Assembly: GCA_964488495.1 (NCBI GenBank)
Contig: CAZAUQ010000006.1
Coordinates: 1-57,683 of the forward strand
Origin: an uncultured Bacteroidales bacterium
Lineage (GTDB): Bacteria > Bacteroidota > Bacteroidia > Bacteroidales > UBA1402
Reading direction: 5' to 3'
Length of the DNA: 57,683 nucleotides
The notes beneath the pieces were generated by a model. That model was not told where the DNA came from. It was given only the letters and a program-made list of their open reading frames with translations, and ran no database searches. The number at the start of each line of letters is the position of its first letter. Positions within the stretch are counted from its first letter, which is position 1. Position numbers and translations under genes: made by a program. Below are positions 12,598 through 22,586 of this stretch, piece by piece.

Positions 12598-15198
12598 ATG
12601 AGAAAGTTTGTTTTTTTTATCGCCTTATTTTTTTCTATAACAAGCTTGCAGGCTTATCAGCCGGAAGTATCCATTGCGGGATTTTTCCCCCTGGAAGGCA
12701 GTGGACGTTCAGTATATAATTTCAATCCGGGCTGGCGGTTTTTTCGTGGAGATGTCCAGGGAGCAGAAAGCACTGATTTTGACGATCAGGCATGGCCGGT
12801 AGTGAATTTGCCCCACAGTGTTCAGCTGATGCCTGCCGAAGGCAGCGGCGGACGCAATTATCAGGGCAAAGCCTGGTACAGAAAACGTTTTGTTCCGGAT
12901 GCTTCTTTGCAGGGTAAACAAATTCAGTTGTATTTTGAGGCCGTTATGGGACGTTCTGTCGTTTATATCAACGGAAAACAAGTTTTGGAACACCTGGGAG
13001 GTTATTTACCCTTTGTCGTGAATCTGAACGAATATGGAGTAAAGGCCGGAGATACTTGTATGATAGCCGTTTGCGCTGACAACAGTGACGATAAATCCTT
13101 TCCTCCGGGCAAAACGCAGTACACCCTTGATTTTACCTATCACGGAGGCATTTACCGCGATGTCTGGATGATAGCCAAAGCGCCTGTACATATAACGGAT
13201 CCTGTGGTGGAAAGCCGACAGGTGGCCGGAGGAGGCCTTTTTGTTCATTACGATAACATCTCCGAAAAATCAGCTCAGATCTTTGTGGATACCGAAATTG
13301 CCAACACTGACGGACAGAAATGTTCAGTAGTTTTGGAAACTGCTTTATACGATACCGAAGGCATACTGGTAAAAAAAGTTCGTAACAACCTAAGCCTGGC
13401 AGTCGGCGAAAAAAAGACCGTAAAGCAACTTATTGAAGTCAAAAAACCCCATTTGTGGTCGCCATCCTCTCCCTATTTATACCGGGTTCATTCTCAGCTC
13501 AGACAGGGTAAAACCATGATGGACGGAGGTATAAGTCGTATTGGAATACGCCTGGCTGAATTCAGGGGAAAAGAAGGTTTCTGGCTAAACGGCAAACCGT
13601 ATGGCCAGTTGATCGGAACCAACCGGCACCAGGATTTTGCCTATGTAGGTAATGCCATGCCTAATTCCCAGCATTGGAGGGATGTGAAAAAGCTGCGTGA
13701 AGCGGGTTGTGAAATAATCCGTTCAGCTCATTATCCTCAGGATCCTGCCTTTATGGATGCCTGTGATGAACTGGGTATTTTTATGATAGTGGCAACTCCC
13801 GGCTGGCAGTATTGGAACAGAGATCCTCAATTTCAGGAATACGTGCTGAACGATGTCACCCAGATGATACGCCGTGATCGGAATCATCCTTCTGTGCTGC
13901 TCTGGGAGCCTATTTTGAATGAAACCCGTTTTCCCCTGGACTTTTCTATGAAAGCACTGGGAATCACTAAAAACGAATTTCCTTACCCAGGAGCACCCCT
14001 GGCAGTAGCCGACATGAATTCCGAGGGAGTAGCAGAACATTATGGAGTGGTTTACGGCTGGCCCAAGGACGAAGGAGCCGCAGAACAATGTATTTTTACC
14101 CGCGAATTTGGGGAAAATGTGGATGACTGGTATGCCCAGAACAACAACAACCGTGCTTCGAGGAGCTGGGGAGAATTGCCTCAACTGGTTCAGGCATTAT
14201 CGCTGGCTCGTTCTTACGACGAAATGTTCCAAACCAGTGGCCAGTTTATCGGAGGAGCCCAGTGGCATTCCTTCGACCATCAGAGAGGCTATCATCCCGA
14301 TCCTTATTGGGGAGGACAGACAGACTGTTTCCGGCAACCTAAATACGCTTATTACATGTTTAAAAGCCAGGTGTCACCTCAGCTGGAGCATCCGCTTATC
14401 GAAACAGGCCCGATGGTGTACATTGCTCACGAAATATCTCCTTTTTCAAACGCCGATCTGGTAGTGTTCAGCAATTGTGATTCCGTACGTCTGATCTGTC
14501 GTGAGCAAGATACTATTATCAAACCTGTTATTCACAAAGAAAAGGGCATGCCCAATGCACCGGTTATTTTCGAAAATGTTTTTGATTTCTGGCAAATGAG
14601 GGAATTGAGTTATCTACAGAAAAACTGGCAACAAGTGAGTTTTGTGGCCGAAGGCATCATAGATGGGAAAACGGTATGCAGCACAAAAAAAATGCCCTCG
14701 CGTCGTTCCACCAGACTTAGTTTAAGAATAGATCACGACGGGCAGCAATTACAGGCAGACGGCAGTGATTTTCTGGTAGTCATTGCAGAGGTTACCGACG
14801 ATAACGGTAATGTACGAAGACTGGCCAAGGATAATATTTTGTTCAGTGTAGAAGGAGAGTGCGAAATAATTGGTGATGCTTCAATCGGAGCCAATCCCAG
14901 AGCGGTGGAATTTGGGTCTGCACCGGTCTTGATTCGCTCAACTAAGCAAGCCGGAAAAATTAAAGTCAAAGCCAGGGTTTTATTCGAAGGACAACATGCA
15001 CCGTCTCCTGCTGAGATTGATTTTGAGAGTATTCCGGCAAGCTTGCCCTTTAATTACCTTGAATCTTATCAGTCTTCCAATCAGGAAGATTATTGGTTTG
15101 ACAGCGGCAAAGGCAGAAGAAAGTTGTCCGAACAGGAAATTAATATTCTGTTGAAGGAAGTGGAACAACAACAAAAAGACTTTGGAGTTGAAAAATAG
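12598..15198 (+). CDS. GH2 glycoside hydrolase, possibly alpha-L-arabinopyranosidase (BT0983-like)
   Basis: Signal peptide; FNPGWRF, YHGGIYRDV, GTNRHQD, IRSAHYPQ, WEPILNE and TREFG motifs. The specificity is inferred from synteny only. Confidence 0.8.
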   Translation: MRKFVFFIALFFSITSLQAYQPEVSIAGFFPLEGSGRSVYNFNPGWRFFRGDVQGAESTDFDDQAWPVVNLPHSVQLMPAEGSGGRNYQGKAWYRKRFVPDASLQGKQIQLYFEAVMGRSVVYINGKQVLEHLGGYLPFVVNLNEYGVKAGDTCMIAVCADNSDDKSFPPGKTQYTLDFTYHGGIYRDVWMIAKAPVHITDPVVESRQVAGGGLFVHYDNISEKSAQIFVDTEIANTDGQKCSVVLETALYDTEGILVKKVRNNLSLAVGEKKTVKQLIEVKKPHLWSPSSPYLYRVHSQLRQGKTMMDGGISRIGIRLAEFRGKEGFWLNGKPYGQLIGTNRHQDFAYVGNAMPNSQHWRDVKKLREAGCEIIRSAHYPQDPAFMDACDELGIFMIVATPGWQYWNRDPQFQEYVLNDVTQMIRRDRNHPSVLLWEPILNETRFPLDFSMKALGITKNEFPYPGAPLAVADMNSEGVAEHYGVVYGWPKDEGAAEQCIFTREFGENVDDWYAQNNNNRASRSWGELPQLVQALSLARSYDEMFQTSGQFIGGAQWHSFDHQRGYHPDPYWGGQTDCFRQPKYAYYMFKSQVSPQLEHPLIETGPMVYIAHEISPFSNADLVVFSNCDSVRLICREQDTIIKPVIHKEKGMPNAPVIFENVFDFWQMRELSYLQKNWQQVSFVAEGIIDGKTVCSTKKMPSRRSTRLSLRIDHDGQQLQADGSDFLVVIAEVTDDNGNVRRLAKDNILFSVEGECEIIGDASIGANPRAVEFGSAPVLIRSTKQAGKIKVKARVLFEGQHAPSPAEIDFESIPASLPFNYLESYQSSNQEDYWFDSGKGRRKLSEQEINILLKEVEQQQKDFGVEK

Positions 15199-15228
15199 AG
15201 ACTAAGAAGGTCCATTTGATATTTTTAA

Positions 15229-15236
15229 TAATTTTG
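15229..15236 (+). promoter_or_regulatory. Bacteroidota sigma-A -7 box (TAATTTTG) for the GntR gene
   Basis: Matches TAnnTTTG, 18 nt before ATG 15255. Confidence 0.55.
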
Positions 15237-15254
15237 TATTCGATTAGCCAAGAA

Positions 15255-16238
15255 ATGAAAGTAGAATTCCAATCCAACACTACCAAAGTCAAACAACTGG
15301 CAGATGCTCTAAGACAAGCTATTGCCCAGGGAGAATACAAAGAAGGAGAAATGCTGCCTTCGATTAATAAATTAAGTGCAGAATTAAGTTTAGCCCGGGA
15401 TACGGTTTTTAAAGCATTTCAGGAATTAAAGCTTTCCGGTGCCATTCAATCTGCCCCGACCAAAGGTTACTACGTGTCATCCTCAATCAATCATGTTTTG
15501 GTGATGCTGGATATTTTTAGCCCCTACAAAAACAAACTCTACAACGCACTCACCGAAAACTTATCGCCCAACGATCGTCTGGATTTGTATTTCCATCATT
15601 ACAACGAAGATCATTTCAATATTATCATAAAAAACAGCTTGGGCCGTTATAATAAGTATGTGGTAATGAATCTGCTGAATGATGAATATTCCGAAGTGCT
15701 CAATTTGCTGGATCGCAGTAAAGTCTTATTAATCGATTTCGGAAAATTCGACAAATCGGGTTACGCTTATGTATGCCAGGGATTTGATACTACTTTGTAC
15801 GATTGCCTGAGTTCCGGCAGTCATTTGTTCCTGAAATACGAAAAATTGAATTTTGTGTTTCCGCTTGATTCTGAGCATCCCCGGGGAGGAATACGTTTCT
15901 TTCATCGCTTTTGCGAAGAAAACGATTTGGGTAGTCAATTGATAGAAAGACATATACGCAAAGAGGATATCCAACCGGGCGAAGCTTATTTGGTTGTTTC
16001 ACATATGGATATGATTGAGGCGGTAAAAATCTGCAAGGCTAAAAATTTAACTCTGGGAAAAGACGTCGGCCTGGTGACCTTTAACGATGCACCTATGTTG
16101 GAAGTAATTGATAACGGAATAACCTGCATTTCGATAGATTTCAGAGAAATGGGTTTGCTTGCGGCACGTTTTATTAATCATAACGAACGTTTACAAACCT
16201 ATATACCCACTCGTTTGATTATCCGTGGATCTCTTTGA
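15255..16238 (+). CDS. GntR-family regulator with C-terminal sugar-binding domain, FucR-like
   Basis: True start is probably ATG 15255 (MKVEF). wHTH motif LPSINKLS..LARDTVFKAF..KGYYV; the C-terminal domain (SLGRYNKY, LLIDFGKF, YVCQ.FD, ITCISIDF..MG, IRGSL) closely resembles Bacteroides FucR as I recall it. Confidence 0.85.
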   Translation: MKVEFQSNTTKVKQLADALRQAIAQGEYKEGEMLPSINKLSAELSLARDTVFKAFQELKLSGAIQSAPTKGYYVSSSINHVLVMLDIFSPYKNKLYNALTENLSPNDRLDLYFHHYNEDHFNIIIKNSLGRYNKYVVMNLLNDEYSEVLNLLDRSKVLLIDFGKFDKSGYAYVCQGFDTTLYDCLSSGSHLFLKYEKLNFVFPLDSEHPRGGIRFFHRFCEENDLGSQLIERHIRKEDIQPGEAYLVVSHMDMIEAVKICKAKNLTLGKDVGLVTFNDAPMLEVIDNGITCISIDFREMGLLAARFINHNERLQTYIPTRLIIRGSL

Positions 16239-16254
16239 AAAAATAAATTCAACA

Positions 16255-17031
16255 ATGACCAATCTGGTTATAGATCAAGGAAATTCTGTATGTAAATGGG
16301 CATTTTTCGAAAATGTTCCAGGGACAAAAGCAGCTAAAACACGACTAGGGGGAGCTGAACCTACGACAATATTGTATACCAGTAATCCTGAAGAATTGCT
16401 TTCTGAGGATGTGTTTAAACAATTCAAGCCTCGGGCAGCCATTTATTCATCTGTTTTAAATCATGCAGATGATACCAAATACGAAGCCATCAAACAAAAA
16501 ATAGCCCTTTGTTGGCGTTTTGATTCGACAACCCCGATTCCCATTAAGAATAATTATTCTCAGCCCCAAAACCTGGGAGCTGACCGTCTGGCAGCAGCAA
16601 TAGGAGCCTGGACACTTGCACCCGGTCAATCTTCACTTATCATAGACCTGGGTACAGCCATAACCTACGATTTGCTCACGGCCGAAGGAGTATACGAAGG
16701 AGGCAATATTGCACCAGGCATCTATCTGCGAATGAAAGCCTTGCACGAAAATACCAAAGCCTTGCCCTTGCCTGAACTATCGGTTGGCGATTTTCCGGAA
16801 TTTGGCAGGGATACTCTTACAGCTATTAAAGCCGGAGTTCTGCAGGGTATTTTTCATGAAATCAATGGCTATATAATTCAGCACCAACACAAACACCCCG
16901 AACTTTTGACATTTTTAACCGGAGGTGATTTAATTTATTTTGTAGGGAAACTAAAAATTGGCATCTTTGCACGCCCGAATTTAGTTTTAACCGGTTTACA
17001 CAGAATACTCATAGATTATGTTAATACCTAG
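16255..17031 (+). CDS. coaX: Type III pantothenate kinase
   Basis: LVIDQGNS, LGADRLAA, IIDLGTAITYD, GGNIAPG and LTGGD motifs; ATG 16255. Confidence 0.95.
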   Translation: MTNLVIDQGNSVCKWAFFENVPGTKAAKTRLGGAEPTTILYTSNPEELLSEDVFKQFKPRAAIYSSVLNHADDTKYEAIKQKIALCWRFDSTTPIPIKNNYSQPQNLGADRLAAAIGAWTLAPGQSSLIIDLGTAITYDLLTAEGVYEGGNIAPGIYLRMKALHENTKALPLPELSVGDFPEFGRDTLTAIKAGVLQGIFHEINGYIIQHQHKHPELLTFLTGGDLIYFVGKLKIGIFARPNLVLTGLHRILIDYVNT

Positions 17032-18286
17032 CGTCCGTCCAGGCGGAAAAATCCTACTAACAGGCTTTATCCTGTTCCTGTTTTCCTGGTCGGTTTCTGC
17101 CCAAAACAATACCTTTTCACCCTACAGTCGTTACGGATACGGAATAATTACCGAACCGACCTTTGGCGGGGCTTCCGGAATGGGTGGAATCGGTTATGGT
17201 TTACGTACTTCGGGCCAGATTAATCCTATGAATCCGGCCTCTTATTCTGCTGTAGACAGTTTGAATTTTTTATTCGATTTCGGTTTAAGTGCTACATACA
17301 CGCGTTTTAGGGAAAACAATCTGAGAGAAGCCAGGTTAAATTCCAATATAGAGTATGCAGCCATCAAAATACCTCTGAGCAAAGATTGGGGCTTAAGTCT
17401 CGGTCTTTACGAATACACCAGATTGGGCTATGCTTTTACTTCTGCGGGAAGCCTGACCGACCTTGAAGGCAACAGCCTGATCTATTCCAATGCATACAGT
17501 GCTACAGGGGGTATCAATAATGCTTATTTAGGAACTTCCGTTTTGTTGTTCAAGCATTTATCTTTAGGTGTGAATTTGAATTATAAATTTGGATCACTGG
17601 TAAATAACTCCGTGCTCAGTTATCCATATAATTCCGATATCAACTCTACCTCTATCTCCAATGTTTTGACTGTTAATCACTTTAATATAGATGCCGGATT
17701 GCAATACGAACAGCAATTCAGGAATAAACACCGCCTGGTGCTTGGAATGTCTTATACGCCCGGTGGTTTGATGGACGTGAATTATACCAGCACTACTATT
17801 ACTTTGGACACGCTTACTCAGGAGCATCCCGGGCTCTCCTTCGGTTTTCCGCAAAATCTGGGCCTTGGTTTATCCTACACTTACGATAACAGGTTGATCC
17901 TTGGAATGGATTTTCAACATCAGGCCTGGAATAAGGCTCCTTTTTTTGGTGTAAGCGACAGTTTGTCTTTGCGTACCAGGCTCGCATTGGGTGTCGAGTA
18001 CCTGCCTTCAGACATTGCACAGCGTTATTATCAGGCGATTAAATACAGAATGGGTTTGCATTATTCAGATTCATATATTAATTTTGCGCAGGGAAATTTA
18101 AAAGAGATAGGCTTTAGTCTTGGACTCGGCCTGCCATTGAGAAATCAACGCACAGCTCTGAATATGGCAATGGAATTCGGAAAAATACTTACTCCGTCGC
18201 CAAGTATGATTCAGGAACATTACTGGAGAATTAAACTGAACCTTTCCTTTAATGAAACCTGGTTTGTTAAACGGAGATTTAATTAG
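17018..18286 (+). CDS. Outer-membrane beta-barrel protein (FadL/PorV-like) conserved in the coaX operon
   Basis: Signal peptide, then SPYSRYGYG, MGGIG and NPASY motifs; amphipathic beta strands; C-terminal ETWFVKRRFN. Confidence 0.75.
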   Translation: MLIPSVRPGGKILLTGFILFLFSWSVSAQNNTFSPYSRYGYGIITEPTFGGASGMGGIGYGLRTSGQINPMNPASYSAVDSLNFLFDFGLSATYTRFRENNLREARLNSNIEYAAIKIPLSKDWGLSLGLYEYTRLGYAFTSAGSLTDLEGNSLIYSNAYSATGGINNAYLGTSVLLFKHLSLGVNLNYKFGSLVNNSVLSYPYNSDINSTSISNVLTVNHFNIDAGLQYEQQFRNKHRLVLGMSYTPGGLMDVNYTSTTITLDTLTQEHPGLSFGFPQNLGLGLSYTYDNRLILGMDFQHQAWNKAPFFGVSDSLSLRTRLALGVEYLPSDIAQRYYQAIKYRMGLHYSDSYINFAQGNLKEIGFSLGLGLPLRNQRTALNMAMEFGKILTPSPSMIQEHYWRIKLNLSFNETWFVKRRFN

Positions 18287-18292
18287 TTAAAC

Positions 18293-19642
18293 ATGAATAG
18301 GAAAATAGGATTTTTTGTTTGCGGACTGTTTATCAGTTCAAGCATAATGGCTCAAAAAGGGGTAGAAGACGGATCTATGTACGGACATGGCGAAGACAGT
18401 ATCCGTTGTTTGCAAAATCTGAGTTTATACCAGCCTTATGCAAAACAAGGGGATTACGCCAGTGCTTTGGAGTTTTGGGAAATTGTATACGCCGAATGCC
18501 CTGCTTCCAGGGTAGGTATTTATATTGATGGTGCTAAAATTAAAGCCTGGCAATGGAACAAAGAAAGTGATCCTGCAAAAAAAGCTCAGATTTTTGATGA
18601 ACTGATGGCTGTTTACGATCAACGAATCAAATATTTTGGCAATCACAACCGTTATCCCTCCCCCTGGATACTCGGGAGAAAAGCCCTGGATTATCTTCAG
18701 TTTAATCCCAAAGGCGACATGAAAACGCCTTATGAATGGTTGAAAACGGCGATTTATGATTCACCTACCGCCAATTTTGAACCAGCTTACGCAACTGCTT
18801 TCATCTCGGTCTCCAAGGATTTGTTGTCGGACGAAGCTCATAAAGAAAATTTCTTAAATGATTACATCAAAACAACGGAGAGACTCGATGCAAAGTTGGC
18901 TATTACGGCTCCCGGCCCTGAAAAAGACAGGATTATTGGCATTAAGAATGGTGTGGATGTGCTCTTTTCAAATTCAGGAGCAGCCGATTGTGAAACACTG
19001 ACCACTCTTTTTGCAGAACGTATTGAACAGAACAAAGGCAATCAGGATTTTTTGAATAACATCATTTCTTTGTTCAAGAGGGCTAAGTGCACAGATACTG
19101 ATACTTATTTTTTGGCTTCCGAATACAGACATGCTATTAATCCAACGGCAGAATCGGCTGAAGGTTGTGCCTATCAGTCTATTAAAAAGGAAGATTACAA
19201 AAAAGCTTCCGAATACCTGAAAGAGGCCATAGAGTTGGAAACAGACACCGAAAAGAAAGCTGATTACGCCTATTTAACAGCCAGTACCTTATTCGCCGAA
19301 AAAAGCTTTGCAGAAGCCCGCACCATGGCTCTGAAAGCTGCAGAATACAAAAATAACTTCGGAGCTCCTTATATGCTGATCGCCAAAATGTACGCCAATA
19401 GTGTTGACCATTTTGATGACCCCGTAATCAAAAGAACAGTCTATTGGGCAGCAGTAGATAAACTTCAAAAAGCCAAATCGGTTGATCCCAGTGTAAGCGA
19501 AGAAGCCGATGATTTAATTATGAAGTATAAAGAACAATACCCCGACACCGAAGACATATTTATGCATCCGGACATCACCGTTGGAAAAGCGTACAGAATA
19601 GGGGGATGGATTCAGGAAAGCACCGTGGCCCGCAACAAATAG
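18293..19642 (+). CDS. Secreted TPR-repeat protein
   Basis: Signal peptide; GHGEDSIRC, helical TPR-like repeats, YWAAVDKLQKAKSVDP and C-terminal GGWIQEST, typical of the gene upstream of lptC in Bacteroidota. Confidence 0.75.
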   Translation: MNRKIGFFVCGLFISSSIMAQKGVEDGSMYGHGEDSIRCLQNLSLYQPYAKQGDYASALEFWEIVYAECPASRVGIYIDGAKIKAWQWNKESDPAKKAQIFDELMAVYDQRIKYFGNHNRYPSPWILGRKALDYLQFNPKGDMKTPYEWLKTAIYDSPTANFEPAYATAFISVSKDLLSDEAHKENFLNDYIKTTERLDAKLAITAPGPEKDRIIGIKNGVDVLFSNSGAADCETLTTLFAERIEQNKGNQDFLNNIISLFKRAKCTDTDTYFLASEYRHAINPTAESAEGCAYQSIKKEDYKKASEYLKEAIELETDTEKKADYAYLTASTLFAEKSFAEARTMALKAAEYKNNFGAPYMLIAKMYANSVDHFDDPVIKRTVYWAAVDKLQKAKSVDPSVSEEADDLIMKYKEQYPDTEDIFMHPDITVGKAYRIGGWIQESTVARNK

Positions 19643-19645
19643 AAT

Positions 19646-20248
19646 ATGTTTTTAAAGAACCTTTTCGGTAAGCACAGAGGTATAACAGTTGCATTTTTTG
19701 TAACTGTTATACTGTTTTTACCCCTTTCTTGCAAAAGGGAAAAAACAGATATTTTACCCAATTTTGGTTCCAGAGATTCTGTTCCAGGTATGAGGGCAGA
19801 CTCCATTGTGACTTTGATTTCTGATTCAGGACGTATTCGTTACAAAGTAATTACTGCTTCCTGGTTAATTTACGACCAGGCGCCGGATCCTTACTGGTTT
19901 TTCCCTGAAAAAATTTATTTCGAACGCTTTGACGACAGTCTGCGTATTGAATCTATCGTTAAAAGTGATACAGCCCGTTATTATACCAAAAGAAAACTCT
20001 GGGAGCTTAAAAATAATGTGCAGGTTATGAACCTGGCCGGAGAAAAGTTTGAAACCCCTTTGTTGTATTGGGATCAGAATCAGCATAGAATTTATTCAGA
20101 CTCTTTTATCCGAATTGAACAACCAGGCTGGATATCCACTGGCATAGGATTTGAATCCAACGAATCCTTAACCAAATACAGTATTCTCAATTCCCAAGGT
20201 GATTTTCCAATAGATTCCGAAGAAGAAAATCAGGACAAGAGTTTTTAA
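19646..20248 (+). CDS. lptC: LPS export periplasmic protein LptC
   Basis: Lipoprotein-like N-terminus; ISDSGRIRYK, LYWDQ..IYSDSFIRI and GIGFESNE motifs of Bacteroidota LptC. Confidence 0.85.
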   Translation: MFLKNLFGKHRGITVAFFVTVILFLPLSCKREKTDILPNFGSRDSVPGMRADSIVTLISDSGRIRYKVITASWLIYDQAPDPYWFFPEKIYFERFDDSLRIESIVKSDTARYYTKRKLWELKNNVQVMNLAGEKFETPLLYWDQNQHRIYSDSFIRIEQPGWISTGIGFESNESLTKYSILNSQGDFPIDSEEENQDKSF

Positions 20249-20302
20249 TTCTCCGGTCGTTCAATAATTGATATTGCTGCGTGTTTATTTCATATTTTTT
20301 TG

Positions 20303-20310
20303 TACATTTG
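20303..20310 (+). promoter_or_regulatory. -7 box TACATTTG for the PPIase gene
   Basis: TAnnTTTG followed by C in the AT-rich spacer before ATG 20388. Confidence 0.65.
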
Positions 20311-20387
20311 CGGGATTTTTCAATAATACCATACAACTGGTAGTCAAGAATAGCTTAAAGAACATAATTATAACCTATAAATAGTAT

Positions 20388-22529
20388 ATGGCAACCTTAC
20401 AAAAAATCAGAAGTCAGGCCGTCCTTTTGTTGATCGTGGTCGGTGTTGCATTATTTGCATTTATAATCGGAGACTTTTTAACTTCCGGTTCTTCCATTTT
20501 GAGGCAATCACAGGAAACAATTGCCGATATTGACGGCAGTCCCCTCAATTACAAAGAATACGATGCCCGCATTCTGGAGATGGAAGAGGTGTATAAAATG
20601 CAAACCGGACAAAACAACCTGCAGGCAGATATTATGCATCAAATCAGAGAATCAGTTTTCGAAACTATTGTTCGTGAACGCCTTTTGGATGAGCAAGCCG
20701 AGGATTTAGGTGTAAGTGTTACAGCAAAAGAACTTTACGACATGGTCAACGGGCAGAATGTGCACTATATGGTACAACAAATGCCTTTCTTTCAGAATCC
20801 TGAAACCAAACGTTTTGACCGCAGCATGATGATGAACTTCCTCAGAACCATACAACAGGAAGATTTTTCCATGTATTCAGCCGAGGCTCAGGAACAAATC
20901 AAACAAATGAAAAATTACTGGTTGTTCTGGGAAAACAATCTTAAATACGTTCGTCTGGATGAAAAAATGGCCAATTTAATCACCAAAGCCGTTGGAGCAA
21001 ACAGTCTGGACGCCAAAGATGAATTCGAAGCAGCCCGTCGTTCGGTTGATTTTGAATATGCTTCCAAATCCTATGCCAGTATGCCCGATTCAATCTTTAA
21101 AGTGTCTCTAAAAGAACTCAGTCGTCGTTACGAAGAACAAAAAGAGCGCTTCAAACAAGAACCTTATCGCTCAGCTGCATATGTAGTGGTTGATATTCTC
21201 CCCAGCCAGGAAGACAACGAAGCCATCAAAGCCAGAATCGAAAAAACAGCTACTGAATTTAGTACTGAAGATAACATTGCTGCCACCGTAAATTCTGAGT
21301 CGGATATACCTTATATGGATTGTTATATTGCCAACAGCCAATTCTCCGGAAATCTAAAAGACTTTGTGCAACAGGCTGCCGTAGGAGAAGTGAAAGGTCC
21401 TTATTTTGAAGATAATGCCTGGATTATGCTGCGCATGGTAGACAAAATCAACCGCGCTGATTCCGTAAAAGCCAGGCAGATTTTTATCAGCAACACCAAC
21501 GATCGCAAAGCTTCAGAACAATTGACCGACAGCTTACTTAATGTTTTACGCAAGGGAGAAGATTTCGCTGTACTGGCCGGACAATATTCTCAGGACCAGA
21601 CTGCCAACGACGGAGGAGAAATGGGGTGGTTCCGCGAAATTGACGCTTACAGCGGAATTGGTCCGGAATTTGCCGAAGCTTGCTTTACAGCTTCCAAAAA
21701 CCAACTCTTGTCAGTACGTTCAAAGTTTGGCTGGCATATAGTACAGGTACTGGACAAAACCAATGCTGTAGAGAAGTCAAAAGTAGCTCAATTATACTTG
21801 TCGGTTACACCAAGCTCCAAAACCTATAGTGCCGAATACAACAAACTCAACAAACTTCTGGCAGACAATCCCAAAGCTGAAGATTTCCTGGCTGCAGCCA
21901 GAGAAGCAGGGCTTCAGGTTTCCAATGCCGCAGTAGTAAAAAGTTCAGACAATACTATAGGTAATGTTCCCGATATGCGTCAGGCCGTTCGTTTTGTGTA
22001 TAACAACAAACTGGGTGCGGTATCGACCGTTTTGGAAAACAGCAACAATCAGTTTATGGTAATAGCCGTCACCGGTGTTCACGACAACGACTATTTAACT
22101 CTGGACCAGGTTCGCGATGAATTAAGCCGCGAAATCATCAACGAAAAGAAATCCGTTTCTATCATTGCCTCTTTGCAAATGAACGAGAATACAGGCTTGT
22201 CAGAACTGGCAAAAGCCAATGCCATGCAAACGGATACAGTACGTTTGGTTAACTTTTCCATGCGCAGAATTACCGGATTGGGCGAAGAACCAGCTCTGCT
22301 GGCTGCTGTAATGAATGCTGCCAAAGGTGAATTGTCAAAACCGCTCGCCGGTAAAAATGCGGTCTATGTGTTCAGGGTCATTGGCCAGGTAGAACCCGAA
22401 ACTGAATTTGATGCGACTGCCGAAAAAATAAATCTGGATATGAACAGCAACTATCGCTTGGCCTATCAGGCATACGAAGCTCTTCGTGCTGCCAAAGAAG
22501 TCGAAGACAACCGGATACGTTTTTATTGA
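20388..22529 (+). CDS. Membrane-anchored periplasmic chaperone / peptidyl-prolyl isomerase (SurA-N/PpiD-like)
   Basis: MATLQKIR..GVALFAFIIGD anchor; parvulin motifs FAVLAGQYSQD..GGEMGWF and SKFGWHIVQV; ends DNRIRFY. Confidence 0.88.
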   Translation: MATLQKIRSQAVLLLIVVGVALFAFIIGDFLTSGSSILRQSQETIADIDGSPLNYKEYDARILEMEEVYKMQTGQNNLQADIMHQIRESVFETIVRERLLDEQAEDLGVSVTAKELYDMVNGQNVHYMVQQMPFFQNPETKRFDRSMMMNFLRTIQQEDFSMYSAEAQEQIKQMKNYWLFWENNLKYVRLDEKMANLITKAVGANSLDAKDEFEAARRSVDFEYASKSYASMPDSIFKVSLKELSRRYEEQKERFKQEPYRSAAYVVVDILPSQEDNEAIKARIEKTATEFSTEDNIAATVNSESDIPYMDCYIANSQFSGNLKDFVQQAAVGEVKGPYFEDNAWIMLRMVDKINRADSVKARQIFISNTNDRKASEQLTDSLLNVLRKGEDFAVLAGQYSQDQTANDGGEMGWFREIDAYSGIGPEFAEACFTASKNQLLSVRSKFGWHIVQVLDKTNAVEKSKVAQLYLSVTPSSKTYSAEYNKLNKLLADNPKAEDFLAAAREAGLQVSNAAVVKSSDNTIGNVPDMRQAVRFVYNNKLGAVSTVLENSNNQFMVIAVTGVHDNDYLTLDQVRDELSREIINEKKSVSIIASLQMNENTGLSELAKANAMQTDTVRLVNFSMRRITGLGEEPALLAAVMNAAKGELSKPLAGKNAVYVFRVIGQVEPETEFDATAEKINLDMNSNYRLAYQAYEALRAAKEVEDNRIRFY

Positions 22530-22551
22530 TTCCAATCTAACCAACTTAATT

Positions 22552-22580
22552 AAGGCTGTCTCCAGGGACAGCCTTTTTTT
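22552..22580 (+). terminator. Intrinsic terminator after the PPIase gene
   Basis: AAGGCTGTC-tccagg-GACAGCCTT stem running into a T7 tract. Confidence 0.8.
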
Positions 22581-22586
22581 ACTGCT

